Shown: piece after piece, positions 25,331 to 34,291 of the stretch
How positions within the stretch are numbered: the first letter of the stretch is position 1
How the letters are laid out: every line of letters begins with the position of its first letter
From: Clostridiales bacterium UBA5448
GTDB lineage: Bacteria; Bacillota; Clostridia; Oscillospirales; SIG627
Assembly (NCBI GenBank): GCA_002427425.1
Contig: DIRA01000037.1
Location: 36,509-100,508 of the forward strand
Length of the DNA stretch: 64,000 nt
Direction of reading: 5' to 3'
Position numbers and translations under genes: made by a program
The notes under the pieces: generated by a model
Database searches by the model: none
What the model saw: only the letters and a program-made list of their open reading frames with translations
Told to the model about the DNA's origin: nothing

Positions 25331-26065
25331 ATGAGAGGGTTCATATCATTTTACCATGGAAAAAAAGTCGCCTGTGCCCTTATATGGATAATGTGTATCC
25401 TGATATTGGCAGGATGCGGGCTGCGCTCCCACCCTCCCTTGACCTTTCAGGAGAAAATGGCCTGTCGCATTGAATATTTCCCAGCAAAACAGGCAACGGA
25501 TGGCAAAGCAGAAGAAGTTTCCGACGTTTTAGGAGACGGGGAATTGATTTTATCGGTGGAAATATTGGATGTGGTTCACCAATTTGTACGGGAAGGTAAC
25601 CGCATGGACGGGCGGACACTGACCACGGTGAAAGTGAAGAAGGTGCTGGATGCTAACCATACCATCGGAGCGGAAGAAAACACCGAGCTAAACCTGGTAC
25701 AGGATTATTATTTTTGTTTCGAAAACGATATGGATTTCGCCCGCTATATTGAGGGGTTGGGCGGGGTTGTGTATTATACCACCGGAGGTAAGCCCTTATC
25801 ATTTGAACTGGCAGACGGGCAATATGAAGTGAAACTATATGAGGGGATTTCCTATATTCTGTACGATGGCAAAAACGTCCTGCCCATGGAAACCGGAAAA
25901 GAATACCTGGTTGTAATCAACGATACAATCCCCCCCTGCCGCCCGTTGTATGTAGTCCCCACGGAAAACCGGGAAATTAAGAAGATTCCCGGATACGACC
26001 ATATCCGGCTGGATGACACCCACATGAAATGGATGCAATGCCTGTTTGATACGTATCGAAAGTAA
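25331..26065 (+). CDS. Lipoprotein of unknown function
   Basis: Lipobox ILILAGCG. No family motif recognised. Confidence 0.5.
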   Translation: MRGFISFYHGKKVACALIWIMCILILAGCGLRSHPPLTFQEKMACRIEYFPAKQATDGKAEEVSDVLGDGELILSVEILDVVHQFVREGNRMDGRTLTTVKVKKVLDANHTIGAEENTELNLVQDYYFCFENDMDFARYIEGLGGVVYYTTGGKPLSFELADGQYEVKLYEGISYILYDGKNVLPMETGKEYLVVINDTIPPCRPLYVVPTENREIKKIPGYDHIRLDDTHMKWMQCLFDTYRK

Positions 26066-26140
26066 TCACACGCAAACCGCATCTTGACGGATACGGTTAT
26101 ATTGTGAGCCTTTTCCTTTGATGAGGTATCTGCCGTAAAT

Positions 26141-26185
26141 GCGCCTTGATTGGGCTTTTCAAAGTCCAATCAAGGCGCATTTCTT
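26141..26185 (+). terminator. Strong hairpin (13-bp stem) downstream of the lipoprotein gene
   Basis: gcgccttgattgg-12 nt loop-ccaatcaaggcgc followed by atttctt. The T tract is weak. Confidence 0.45.
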
Positions 26186-26236
26186 AGCTTATGAGTGATT
26201 GTGTTGTCGCAACATCGTTTTACCACAGCCCCATGA

Positions 26237-26935
26237 TTATTTTATCGGGGATAAGCCGTCAAGAATTTCCTTTTTTCTTCGCCAGTTGGGCATATGGCTG
26301 TCCATAATTTGGACAAATCTTGCTCCATGATTGGCTTCTGCCAGGTGGACCAGCTCATGGAGAATCACATAGTCCAGACAAGTTTCGTCCGCCTGAACCA
26401 ACCAAAAATTGAAATTGATTTTTCGCTTTCGGACATTGCAGCTTCCCCACCGCGTTTTCATCGCCCTTACTTGCCAGGAGGCGCAGGGAAGCCCCGTCAC
26501 TTTTTCCCAGAAGGACAGCTTTTCCCTAATGGCATTCTTACATTGTTCCCGGTACCATTTTTGGACAAAGGCTTCTCTTTGCCGGTCAGTAGTGTTCGCT
26601 TTCAACGACAAAACCGCTTTTTCCTCCGATAGCTCAAGGTGATTGATGGGTTGTCCCTCTTTGACTTCCAGGATATACATTTTTCCCCACACCCGCAGGG
26701 CAGCCCCGGTTTCACAAACCGGGATCTCCAACAGTGTCACGGCACGTATTTTCTCCACTTGTTGACGAATCCAGTCTTCTCTGCCCAAAACGATTTTTTT
26801 TATTTCTTCTATGGGTATTATTTTCGGTGCTGTGATGATTACCTTACCGTGGGGCACTTTGATACATACATTGACATTTCGGATGTTGTTTTTTTGAATG
26901 ATGGTAACAAGAATACCGTTGATGTTATATTCCAT
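26237..26935 (-). CDS. YgjP/DUF45-type (M48/SprT-like) metal-dependent hydrolase
   Basis: The ATG at 26935 has AAAGGA 6 nt upstream. The zinc motif HELVHLAEANHGARF and the overall pattern (WGSCN....INFNFWL) are typical of the DUF45 family. Confidence 0.7.
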   Translation of the reverse strand: MEYNINGILVTIIQKNNIRNVNVCIKVPHGKVIITAPKIIPIEEIKKIVLGREDWIRQQVEKIRAVTLLEIPVCETGAALRVWGKMYILEVKEGQPINHLELSEEKAVLSLKANTTDRQREAFVQKWYREQCKNAIREKLSFWEKVTGLPCASWQVRAMKTRWGSCNVRKRKINFNFWLVQADETCLDYVILHELVHLAEANHGARFVQIMDSHMPNWRRKKEILDGLSPIK

Positions 26936-27292
26936 ACGCTGTCCTTTTTTACACAATTATTATATACAAGTGCGATTTGACAAACATTATACATTTTTTT
27001 ACAGAATTCTGTCAATTGCCATATATACCAACTTTTTTAAAAAAATATGTGAAAATTTCCAACCACAAGATATAGAATAAAAAATGGGGTCATATGTCCA
27101 TAATCAGTGAAAAACGTATGAAGTTCGCATACGTGTATGAACAATTTACAATTTTTTGTTAACATAACCGTTAAAATTTTGTAACATATCACCATTGCAT
27201 ATATTGTCGATTTCTGTTAGACTAAACTTGTATTTTTTCTTGAGTAAATTCTAAAAATGACTGTCATTTGAATGCGGAAAGGAATGATCAAT

Positions 27293-27868
27293 ATGCGCCT
27301 TTTGGAAGAGCGAATCCGTACCGAAGGGAAAGTGTTGGAAGGCGGCGTATTGAAGGTGGATGGATTTCTCAACCATCAAATCGATGTAACTCTTCTGCAA
27401 GAATTGGGAAAAGAATTTTTTCGGCTATACCATAACTGCACCGTCAACAAAATACTGACCATCGAAGCTTCGGGGATCGGTATCGCTTGCATTACGGCGC
27501 AGTTTTTTGATTGCCCCGTTGTATTTGCAAAAAAAAGCAAGTCGAAGAATATTTCGGATCAGGTGTACGCCTCTCAAGTTGAATCCTTTACCCACTGCGT
27601 GACCAACACCATTTTGGTGTCCAGGGACTACCTGAGCGAACATGATCGGGTGCTGATCATCGATGATTTTCTTGCCAACGGCGCGGCTATAAAGGGTCTG
27701 TTGAATTTGTGTTACCGGGCCGGCGCCACAGTGGTAGGATGTGGCATTTGTGTGGAAAAAGCCTTTCAGCCCGGAGGCGAACGGATTCGCCAAACGGGTG
27801 TTCGCGTAGAATCCTTGGCCAGAGTGGCTTCCATGTCCCCCGCGGATGGAATCACCTTTGTACCTTAA
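27293..27868 (+). CDS. xpt: Xanthine phosphoribosyltransferase
   Basis: Close match to the remembered B. subtilis Xpt (LKVDGFLNHQID, ILTIEASGI, VLIIDDFLANG, VEKAFQPGG, VESLARV). The ATG at 27293 has AAAGGA upstream. Confidence 0.85.
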   Translation: MRLLEERIRTEGKVLEGGVLKVDGFLNHQIDVTLLQELGKEFFRLYHNCTVNKILTIEASGIGIACITAQFFDCPVVFAKKSKSKNISDQVYASQVESFTHCVTNTILVSRDYLSEHDRVLIIDDFLANGAAIKGLLNLCYRAGATVVGCGICVEKAFQPGGERIRQTGVRVESLARVASMSPADGITFVP

Positions 27869-27933
27869 TGTAGGTTTATAAAGCAATTAAGCTTTGTAAA
27901 TAGATATGAATACAAATAAACGGAGGTAAAAAC

Positions 27934-29190
27934 ATGAAGAAACTGCTTTCCCTGCTGTTGGTCATCTGTTTGGTCGCATCCATGACTATGCTGGTCAGCT
28001 GCGGCGACAAAGACAACGACAACGGCAAAGACAACACGGGCGACGGAGACAACAATAAAGGCAAAAACAACGAAAAAGACGACGAAAAACCTACCTCGTT
28101 CCCGGCCATTTCCAAAGAAAACCTGAAAATCGGCGTGATCCATATCGGTGATCCCGCAGACGGTTCCGGCTATTCTTATACCCATGATCTGGGCATCCAG
28201 GGCATGCAGAGAAATCTAGGTTTGTCCGACAATCAAATCGTTCGCAAGCTCAACGTAGACGATGGTGACACCACAGCCATCCGTACCGCCATCGAAGAAT
28301 GCATCACGGACGGATGCAACCTGATTTTCGGTACTTCCTACGGCTATATGCAACCCATGAATGATTTGGCCAAACAATTCCCCGAAGTTCTTTTCTCCCA
28401 TGGCACCGGTTACATGTCCAATGATTACAACTTCAACAACTACTTTGGCCGCATTTACCAGGCCAGATACCTGGCTGGTATCGCTGCCGGTCTGAAAGCA
28501 ACCCAGGGTGGCAAAGTGGGTTATGTGTCTGCATACGGCACCGAATTGGCCGAAACCTGCTCCGGTATCAACGCGTTCGCTCTGGGCGTTCAGTCTGTAA
28601 ACCCCACCGCGGTTGTGTATGTAAAATCCCTCAGTTCCTGGTATGATCCTGGAATGGAAACCGCTTGTGCCAATTCTCTCATCGATATGGGATGTGAAGT
28701 CATTGCCCAACACTGCGATACCGCCAACCCCCAGATTGCTGCCCAGACCAGCGGCGTGTTCGGCTGCGGCTACAACAGCAATATGACCCCGCAGGCCCCC
28801 AATGCCCATCTGACCGCTCCCATCTGGAATTGGGATGTGTATTACACCACCGCAGCCCAGGCTGCCATCGACGGCAAGTTCTCCGAAATGGGTAACTACT
28901 ATGGCGGTTTGAAGGAAGGCTTTGTGGATGTATCCCCCCTGTCCGACAACTGCGTGGAAGGTACACAGGACAAAATCGACGCTGTGAAAGCCCTCATCAT
29001 TACCGGTGAATGGGATGTGTTCTCCGGCGTAAAACTCTCCTTTGATGAAAACGGCGCTCTGGTAAAAACCGACGCCGATCTGAAAGACAATCAAGGCAAA
29101 GTGATCGTGGCAACCGGCGGTGCCTCCGTGGCTGATTCCGTCCTCCAGGGCTCCATGAACTACTTTGTCGCAGGCGTTGACCTGAAATAA
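27934..29190 (+). CDS. BMP-family (PnrA-like) ABC substrate-binding lipoprotein, probable nucleoside binding
   Basis: Lipobox MLVSCGD. A low-complexity Asp/Asn/Lys linker. A BMP-family core (IGVIHIGDP.DGSGYSY.H, GKVGYVSAYG). Confidence 0.8.
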   Translation: MKKLLSLLLVICLVASMTMLVSCGDKDNDNGKDNTGDGDNNKGKNNEKDDEKPTSFPAISKENLKIGVIHIGDPADGSGYSYTHDLGIQGMQRNLGLSDNQIVRKLNVDDGDTTAIRTAIEECITDGCNLIFGTSYGYMQPMNDLAKQFPEVLFSHGTGYMSNDYNFNNYFGRIYQARYLAGIAAGLKATQGGKVGYVSAYGTELAETCSGINAFALGVQSVNPTAVVYVKSLSSWYDPGMETACANSLIDMGCEVIAQHCDTANPQIAAQTSGVFGCGYNSNMTPQAPNAHLTAPIWNWDVYYTTAAQAAIDGKFSEMGNYYGGLKEGFVDVSPLSDNCVEGTQDKIDAVKALIITGEWDVFSGVKLSFDENGALVKTDADLKDNQGKVIVATGGASVADSVLQGSMNYFVAGVDLK

Positions 29191-29221
29191 TTGTAACAAT
29201 CCTAAATACATCTTTGTGCGA

Positions 29222-29248
29222 AAGGGCACTGCATACCGCGGTGCCCTT
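29222..29248 (+). promoter_or_regulatory. Intercistronic hairpin between the binding-protein and ATPase genes
   Basis: aagggcac-11 nt-gtgccctt with no clear T tract. This position is typical for differential expression of the SBP versus the membrane complex. Confidence 0.35.
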
Positions 29249-29281
29249 CGTAAAGTTTCATGAACCTAAGAGAGTTTGTAT

Positions 29282-32023
29282 ATGAAAGAAAAAACAACTG
29301 CCATCGAATTGAGAGGCATCACCAAAGTATTCGGAACAGTCCTTGCCAATGACAGCATTGATTTGATCGCTTATAAAGGCGAGATTCTGGCCCTTTTGGG
29401 CGAAAACGGTTCCGGCAAGACCACCCTGATGAACATGCTGTCGGGCATTTATAAACCCGACGGCGGTGAGATTTTTGTTAACGGGCAATCGGTGATCATA
29501 AACTCTCCCGAAGACTCTAAACGTTTGAAAATCGGTATGGTTTACCAGCATTATAAGCTGGTGGAATCCTTTACCGCAGCCGACAATATCTGGATTTCGG
29601 CAGCCCATGAAAACTATCCCCTGTTAACTGGGGAACGGTATGAAAAAATCCGCACTATTTGTGACAGTTTTGGTTTTGAAATCGACCCTAAAAAAATCGT
29701 AGGCGATATGGCTGTCAGTGAAAAACAGACCGTTGAAATTTTAAAAGTATTGTATAACGGTGCGGATATCTTAATTTTAGACGAACCCACCGCCGTGCTG
29801 ACCCTGCAGGAAACCAAGAAGCTTTTTGCCATTCTGCGGAAAATGCGGGATGCCGGCTGTGCAATTATCATCATCACCCATAAATTGAATGAGGTGATGG
29901 ATATTTCCGACCGTGTCACCATTTTGCGGAAAGGCAAAAGCGTGGCGACGGTGGAAACTTCTGCCACCACCGCCAAGGAATTGACGGATCTCATGATGGG
30001 GCACGCCATCAACTTGTCCATCGAACATCCCGAAGTCACCCCCGGAGAGATCCTGCTGGAACTGGACGGGGTCACCGTCAAAGGGGAAGAAGGCACCTTG
30101 GCGCTGGACAACGTGTCCTTCGAATTGAAAAGCGGAGAAATCTTAGGTGTTGCGGGGGTTTCCGGCTGCGGACAAAAAGAACTCTGCGATGCCATTGCCG
30201 GCTTACAGGCACTGGAAAACGGAAAAATTCTTTTTAAAGGGGAATCCATCGAAGGAAAAAGCCCTCGGGATATCATTCATCGGGGTATTTCCATGAGTTT
30301 TATCCCCGAGGACCGGTTAGGTATGGGCCTAGCGGCGTCTTTGGATATCACCAACAACATGATGCTAAAAAATTACCGGGACGGGCATTCTCCCCTGGTC
30401 AACCGCCGCAAAGCCATCAAGGAAGCCCGGCATGTAGTGCGTGAATTGGGCATCATCACCCCCTCCATTTCCACCCCCGTCCGCCGCCTTTCCGGCGGCA
30501 ACGTGCAGAAAGTCCTGCTGGGTCGTGAAATGCTCTCCGCCCCTCAGGTCATGATTACGGCTTATCCCGTCCGTGGACTGGATATCAACTCTTCCTATAC
30601 TATTTATAACATTCTCAATCGAGAAAAAGAAAAAGGCACCGGCGTGTTGTACGTGGGGGAAGATTTGGACGTGATGCTGGAGCTATGCGACCGGATTCTG
30701 GTGCTGTGCCACGGTAAGCTCACGGGCATTGTCAATGCACGGGAATCTTCCAAGGAAGAGCTGGGTCTGTTGATGACCGATGCCAACAACGCCGTAAACT
30801 TAAAAGAAGATTCCGATGGGAGCGTGGCGGTTTCCTACACCCCCCCTGCCATTAATATCAAAGCTTCAAAAAAAACCCGCCGTCCTTTGCTTCATTTGGT
30901 GCGCCGCCCCGATCTGACCTGGTATCAAACGGTTTTGACCTATACCGTGGGTATACTGGTTGCCGTTCTGATGGGGTCTTTGGTCATCAGCTTGAACCAT
31001 GTGAATCCTCTGGAATATTTCAAAGCATTGATCGAAAAGTGCTTTATGATGCCCCAGGGTATCACCTTATCCAATAATATCAACCTACAAAACACCCTTC
31101 GCATGTACATACCTCTGGTGATCACATCTTTAGGCATCGCTTGTGCTTTTAAGATGAAGTTCTGGAACATCGGTGCCAACGGACAGTTCACCGTGGGCTG
31201 TATGCTGGGTGCCTGGGTGGGTCTGATATGGGGCGATTCTCTCCCCCACTGGGCGGTCATGCTCCTGATGGCGCTGGTGGCCATCGTGGGTACGGGTATC
31301 CTGGGCTTGATTCCCGCACTGTGCAAAGAATATTTCGGCACCAGCGAAACTCTGTTGACCTTGATGTTCAACTACATCGCCATGTATGTGCTGTTTTATC
31401 TGAAAAAAACCTATACCTTCGGTAAACTCAATTTTGCCGGCGTACCCAATAACCGCGACTATGAAACCCTCCCTGAAAATGCCTGGCTGGGCACCACCGA
31501 TTTGGGGAGTGTTACCGTAGACAATTCCCTGTTTGTGGCACTGGTATTGATTATCATTATTTTTATATATTTTAAATTTACTAAACAGGGATATGAAATC
31601 ACCGTGGTGGGTGACAGCCGCAACACCGCCCGCTATGCCGGCATGAACGTGAAACGCATCGTTTTCCGCACCATGTTTTTATCCGCCGCCATTGTGGGTT
31701 TGGGGGGCATGCTTCAGGTTTCCGGCTTTGCGGCAGGTCACCGGCTGGGCGGCAACATCACCGCCGACGTGGGCTGGACAGGCATCATCGTGGCATGGCT
31801 GGCAAAATTGAATCCCGTGGCTATCGCCATTTTGTCTTTGCTGATTGTGGTCCTCCAGAAAGGAGCCACCAGCGTGGAATCCAATTTCCCCACCATGCCT
31901 TCCTCGGTTTCCAACATTTTCATCGCTCTTTTCCTATTTACCCTGTTGGCAACAGACTTCTTTATGAAATATAAGCTTGTTGTTCTCCCTCCATTTCAGA
32001 CGAAAGGAGGCAAAGAAGCATGA
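29282..32023 (+). CDS. Fused ABC transporter protein: tandem ATP-binding domains + permease domain
   Basis: A single uninterrupted ORF. NBD1 has GENGSGKTT, LSVSEKQ-type signature and ILILDEPTA. NBD2 has GVSGCGQKE, LSGGNVQK and VLYVGEDLD. After a ~45-aa linker comes a ~370-aa polytopic permease of the BMP-associated type. Confidence 0.8.
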   Translation: MKEKTTAIELRGITKVFGTVLANDSIDLIAYKGEILALLGENGSGKTTLMNMLSGIYKPDGGEIFVNGQSVIINSPEDSKRLKIGMVYQHYKLVESFTAADNIWISAAHENYPLLTGERYEKIRTICDSFGFEIDPKKIVGDMAVSEKQTVEILKVLYNGADILILDEPTAVLTLQETKKLFAILRKMRDAGCAIIIITHKLNEVMDISDRVTILRKGKSVATVETSATTAKELTDLMMGHAINLSIEHPEVTPGEILLELDGVTVKGEEGTLALDNVSFELKSGEILGVAGVSGCGQKELCDAIAGLQALENGKILFKGESIEGKSPRDIIHRGISMSFIPEDRLGMGLAASLDITNNMMLKNYRDGHSPLVNRRKAIKEARHVVRELGIITPSISTPVRRLSGGNVQKVLLGREMLSAPQVMITAYPVRGLDINSSYTIYNILNREKEKGTGVLYVGEDLDVMLELCDRILVLCHGKLTGIVNARESSKEELGLLMTDANNAVNLKEDSDGSVAVSYTPPAINIKASKKTRRPLLHLVRRPDLTWYQTVLTYTVGILVAVLMGSLVISLNHVNPLEYFKALIEKCFMMPQGITLSNNINLQNTLRMYIPLVITSLGIACAFKMKFWNIGANGQFTVGCMLGAWVGLIWGDSLPHWAVMLLMALVAIVGTGILGLIPALCKEYFGTSETLLTLMFNYIAMYVLFYLKKTYTFGKLNFAGVPNNRDYETLPENAWLGTTDLGSVTVDNSLFVALVLIIIIFIYFKFTKQGYEITVVGDSRNTARYAGMNVKRIVFRTMFLSAAIVGLGGMLQVSGFAAGHRLGGNITADVGWTGIIVAWLAKLNPVAIAILSLLIVVLQKGATSVESNFPTMPSSVSNIFIALFLFTLLATDFFMKYKLVVLPPFQTKGGKEA

Positions 32024-33000
32024 GTGCCTTGATTGCTTATTTATTTGCCGCCATCGCCCGCAGCACCCCCCTTCTGATGGGTACCACCGGGGAAATCATG
32101 ACGGAAAAAGGAGGCTCCTTAAACCTCGGTGTAGAAGGCATGATGGCAGTAGGCGCCATCACCGGATATTTGGCAGCGGTGACTTTCGACAACCTGCTTC
32201 TGGGGATCGTAGCATCCTTCATCGGTGCCGCTTTATGCGGATTGTTGTATGCCTTTTTGACCGTGACCCTCCAGTCCAACCAAAACGTCACCGGGATTGC
32301 CCTATCCACCTTCGGTGTTGCCTTGTATAAATTCATCGGCAACCGTATGACCCAATGGGACGGCGGTTTTCCCGTGGCAAGCAAATTTCCCCATTTGACC
32401 GGAGTCCTGCGTATCCAAGGCATTCCCGTGCTACGAGATATCCCCTACGTAGGTCCTTTGCTTTTTTCCCATAACCTTCTTGTGTATTTCGCTGTTTGCG
32501 TTTCTGTTTTGTGCTGGTTGTATATTTTCAAAACCAAAAACGGTTTAAAACTCCGTGCCGTGGGAGAAAATCCTTCGGCGGCGGACGCAGCCGGAGTCAA
32601 CGTAGGCCGATACCGTTATATCCACGACATCATCGGCGGCGGCATTTGCGGCATCGGCGGTTTGTATCTGGGTCTTGTGACCAACGGCAGTTGGAACGAA
32701 AGTTGGATCAACGGCACCGGCTGGATTGCTGTGGCTCTGGTTATATTCGCCAACTGGAACCCCCTCATCGCCATTTTCGGTTCTTTCTTCTTTGGTATGC
32801 TTCAGGAATTGACCGTGAGAAAAGGAAATTTGGTAGAAGAATTCCCCGGACTATCCTTTTTGAATGACATACCGGATGATTTTTACAACCTGCTCCCCTT
32901 TGCCTTCACCGCTTTGGTACTGATTCTGGCAGGTGTGTTGAAAAGAAAAAATGCTGAACCTTCCGGGCTGGGGCTCAATTACTTTCGGGAAGAACGCTGA
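32020..33000 (+). CDS. ABC transporter permease (second membrane subunit)
   Basis: ATGA overlap with the fused gene. 326 aa, multi-TM, with G-rich helices typical of the nucleoside/sugar CUT2-like permeases. Confidence 0.8.
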   Translation: MSALIAYLFAAIARSTPLLMGTTGEIMTEKGGSLNLGVEGMMAVGAITGYLAAVTFDNLLLGIVASFIGAALCGLLYAFLTVTLQSNQNVTGIALSTFGVALYKFIGNRMTQWDGGFPVASKFPHLTGVLRIQGIPVLRDIPYVGPLLFSHNLLVYFAVCVSVLCWLYIFKTKNGLKLRAVGENPSAADAAGVNVGRYRYIHDIIGGGICGIGGLYLGLVTNGSWNESWINGTGWIAVALVIFANWNPLIAIFGSFFFGMLQELTVRKGNLVEEFPGLSFLNDIPDDFYNLLPFAFTALVLILAGVLKRKNAEPSGLGLNYFREER

Positions 33001-33009
33001 CTCCTTTGA

Positions 33010-33062
33010 AAACAAGCACGGCATTGCCGATGAATGCGGTTATTGCTGTGCTTGTTTAATTA
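33010..33062 (+). terminator. Terminator after the ABC importer operon
   Basis: A 10-bp outer stem aaacaagcac/gtgcttgttt with a structured loop, followed by aatt. Confidence 0.45.
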
Positions 33063-33141
33063 AGTATTGTAAAAATAATTGACAATTTATGAAAAATGTG
33101 TTAGAATCATCAATCTACACAACATTGAAAGGAGTAACCCT

Positions 33142-34131
33142 ATGACTTTGGCAAAGAAAATTCGCATCGCCATTGCCGGTTGGGGTAATTTGGGAAAAGG
33201 GGCGTGTCAAGCCATTTGGCAATCTCCCGATACCCATTTGATTTGTGTGTTCTCCCGTCGTGATCCCGCCTCCCTGCAGTTACCCGACCACGTGGTGGGT
33301 AAACACATCGATGAAGCAAAGAACATGACAAACGATGTGGACGTCCTGTTGGTGTGCGGCGGATCCGCCACGGATTTGCCAAACCAAACTCCTGCCTTTA
33401 CTCGGTTGTTTAATACGGTGGATTCCTTTGATACCCACGCCAAAATCCCGGAATACTTCGAAGTGGTGAACCGTGCCGCCAAGGAAACGGGTCATTTGTC
33501 CGCCATTTCCGTCGGATGGGATCCGGGTCTGTTTTCTTTGAATCGTTTATATGCAAAAAGCATTTTACCCGTGGGCAATACGTATACCTTCTGGGGCAAA
33601 GGGGTGAGCCAGGGTCATTCCGATGCCATCCGCCGTGTGAGCGGCGTGAAAAAAGGCATACAGTACACCGTGCCGGTAGAAGATGCCATGCATAGAGTCC
33701 GCAGTGGGGAACATCCCCTCTTATCCACCCGGGATAAACATATCCGGGTTTGCTATGTGGTACCCCGGAAAGGAGCGGATTTAGACGCTATCACCCGCAC
33801 TATCCAAACCATGCCCGCCTATTTTTCCGACTATCATACCCAGGTGCATTTTATCACCGAGGAAGAGTTCGATGCCAACCATACTGCCATGCCCCACGGC
33901 GGCTTTGTAATCCACAGCGGCAAAACGTTCAGCGGCAGCAAACACATCATCGAATACAGCCTAAAACTGGACAGCAACCCGGAATTCACTTCTTCCGTGC
34001 TGGTGGCAGCCGCCCGGGCGGTATACCGTATGAAACAGGAAGGAAAAACCGGCGCTATCACCTTGTTTGATATCCCCCCGGCGTATCTGTCTCCCCTTTC
34101 AGGAAATGAACTGCGACGTCAATTTCTATAA
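33142..34131 (+). CDS. ddh: meso-Diaminopimelate D-dehydrogenase
   Basis: The ATG at 33142 has AAAGGAG upstream. Strong match to the remembered C. glutamicum Ddh (IRIAIAGWGNLG, GWDPGLFSLNR, FWGKGVSQGHSDAIRR, MPHGGFVIHSG, LKLDSNPEFT). Confidence 0.88.
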   Translation: MTLAKKIRIAIAGWGNLGKGACQAIWQSPDTHLICVFSRRDPASLQLPDHVVGKHIDEAKNMTNDVDVLLVCGGSATDLPNQTPAFTRLFNTVDSFDTHAKIPEYFEVVNRAAKETGHLSAISVGWDPGLFSLNRLYAKSILPVGNTYTFWGKGVSQGHSDAIRRVSGVKKGIQYTVPVEDAMHRVRSGEHPLLSTRDKHIRVCYVVPRKGADLDAITRTIQTMPAYFSDYHTQVHFITEEEFDANHTAMPHGGFVIHSGKTFSGSKHIIEYSLKLDSNPEFTSSVLVAAARAVYRMKQEGKTGAITLFDIPPAYLSPLSGNELRRQFL

Positions 34132-34227
34132 ATCCCCCCTTTCAGACAAACTATCAAACTTCGATGACCCACCGAGGCTTTTAACCTTAGTTTTTAATCT
34201 AACTTACTCATTCGTTTTATTAAATAA

Positions 34228-34256
34228 TTGCGTTATCCCTAAAAATATGCTAAAAT
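34228..34256 (+). promoter_or_regulatory. Candidate promoter for the plus-strand arm of the glycan locus
   Basis: TTGCGT-17 nt-TAAAAT with a TGc extended -10. Confidence 0.5.
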
Positions 34257-34291
34257 GCAAAAAATACATCGATATAACCGGAGATGTACCC

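Noticed and set aside
27000-27292. An expected purine (guanine) riboswitch or PurR box upstream of xpt.
   Set aside because: I looked for the conserved G-box core (UAUAAU...GGG.UAUGGCCC...GUUUCUACC...CCGUAAA) and did not find it. Only a short hairpin (acgtatg-aagttcg-catacgt) with a single imperfect PurBox-like GCGAAC is present, which is not enough to call. A cmsearch with the purine riboswitch model would settle it.
27865-28185. ORFs antisense to the 5' end of the BMP lipoprotein gene with repetitive Val/Phe-rich translation.
   Set aside because: They are an artefact of the low-complexity Asp/Asn/Lys-coding linker (gacaa/gacgg repeats) on the sense strand.
28216-29229. A 337-aa ORF antisense to the BMP-family binding-protein gene. 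Similar cases are 47465..48313 antisense to a GT4 gene, 10355..10945, 4956..5660 and 6072..6548.
   Set aside because: They are opposite-strand shadows of well-supported genes, with no family motifs and no translation signals.
33079-34291. Long N-terminal extensions suggested by the ORF track: 33079 for ddh, 34067 for capD, 25222 for the ABC ATPase, 43069 for capE, 7535 for the acyl-CoA synthetase, 4439 for the ProX-like gene and 18373 for the tail-fibre-like gene.
   Set aside because: In each case an internal ATG has a proper Shine-Dalgarno sequence and matches the known N-terminus of the family. The extensions also overlap neighbouring genes, promoters or, for 7535, the T-box terminator.
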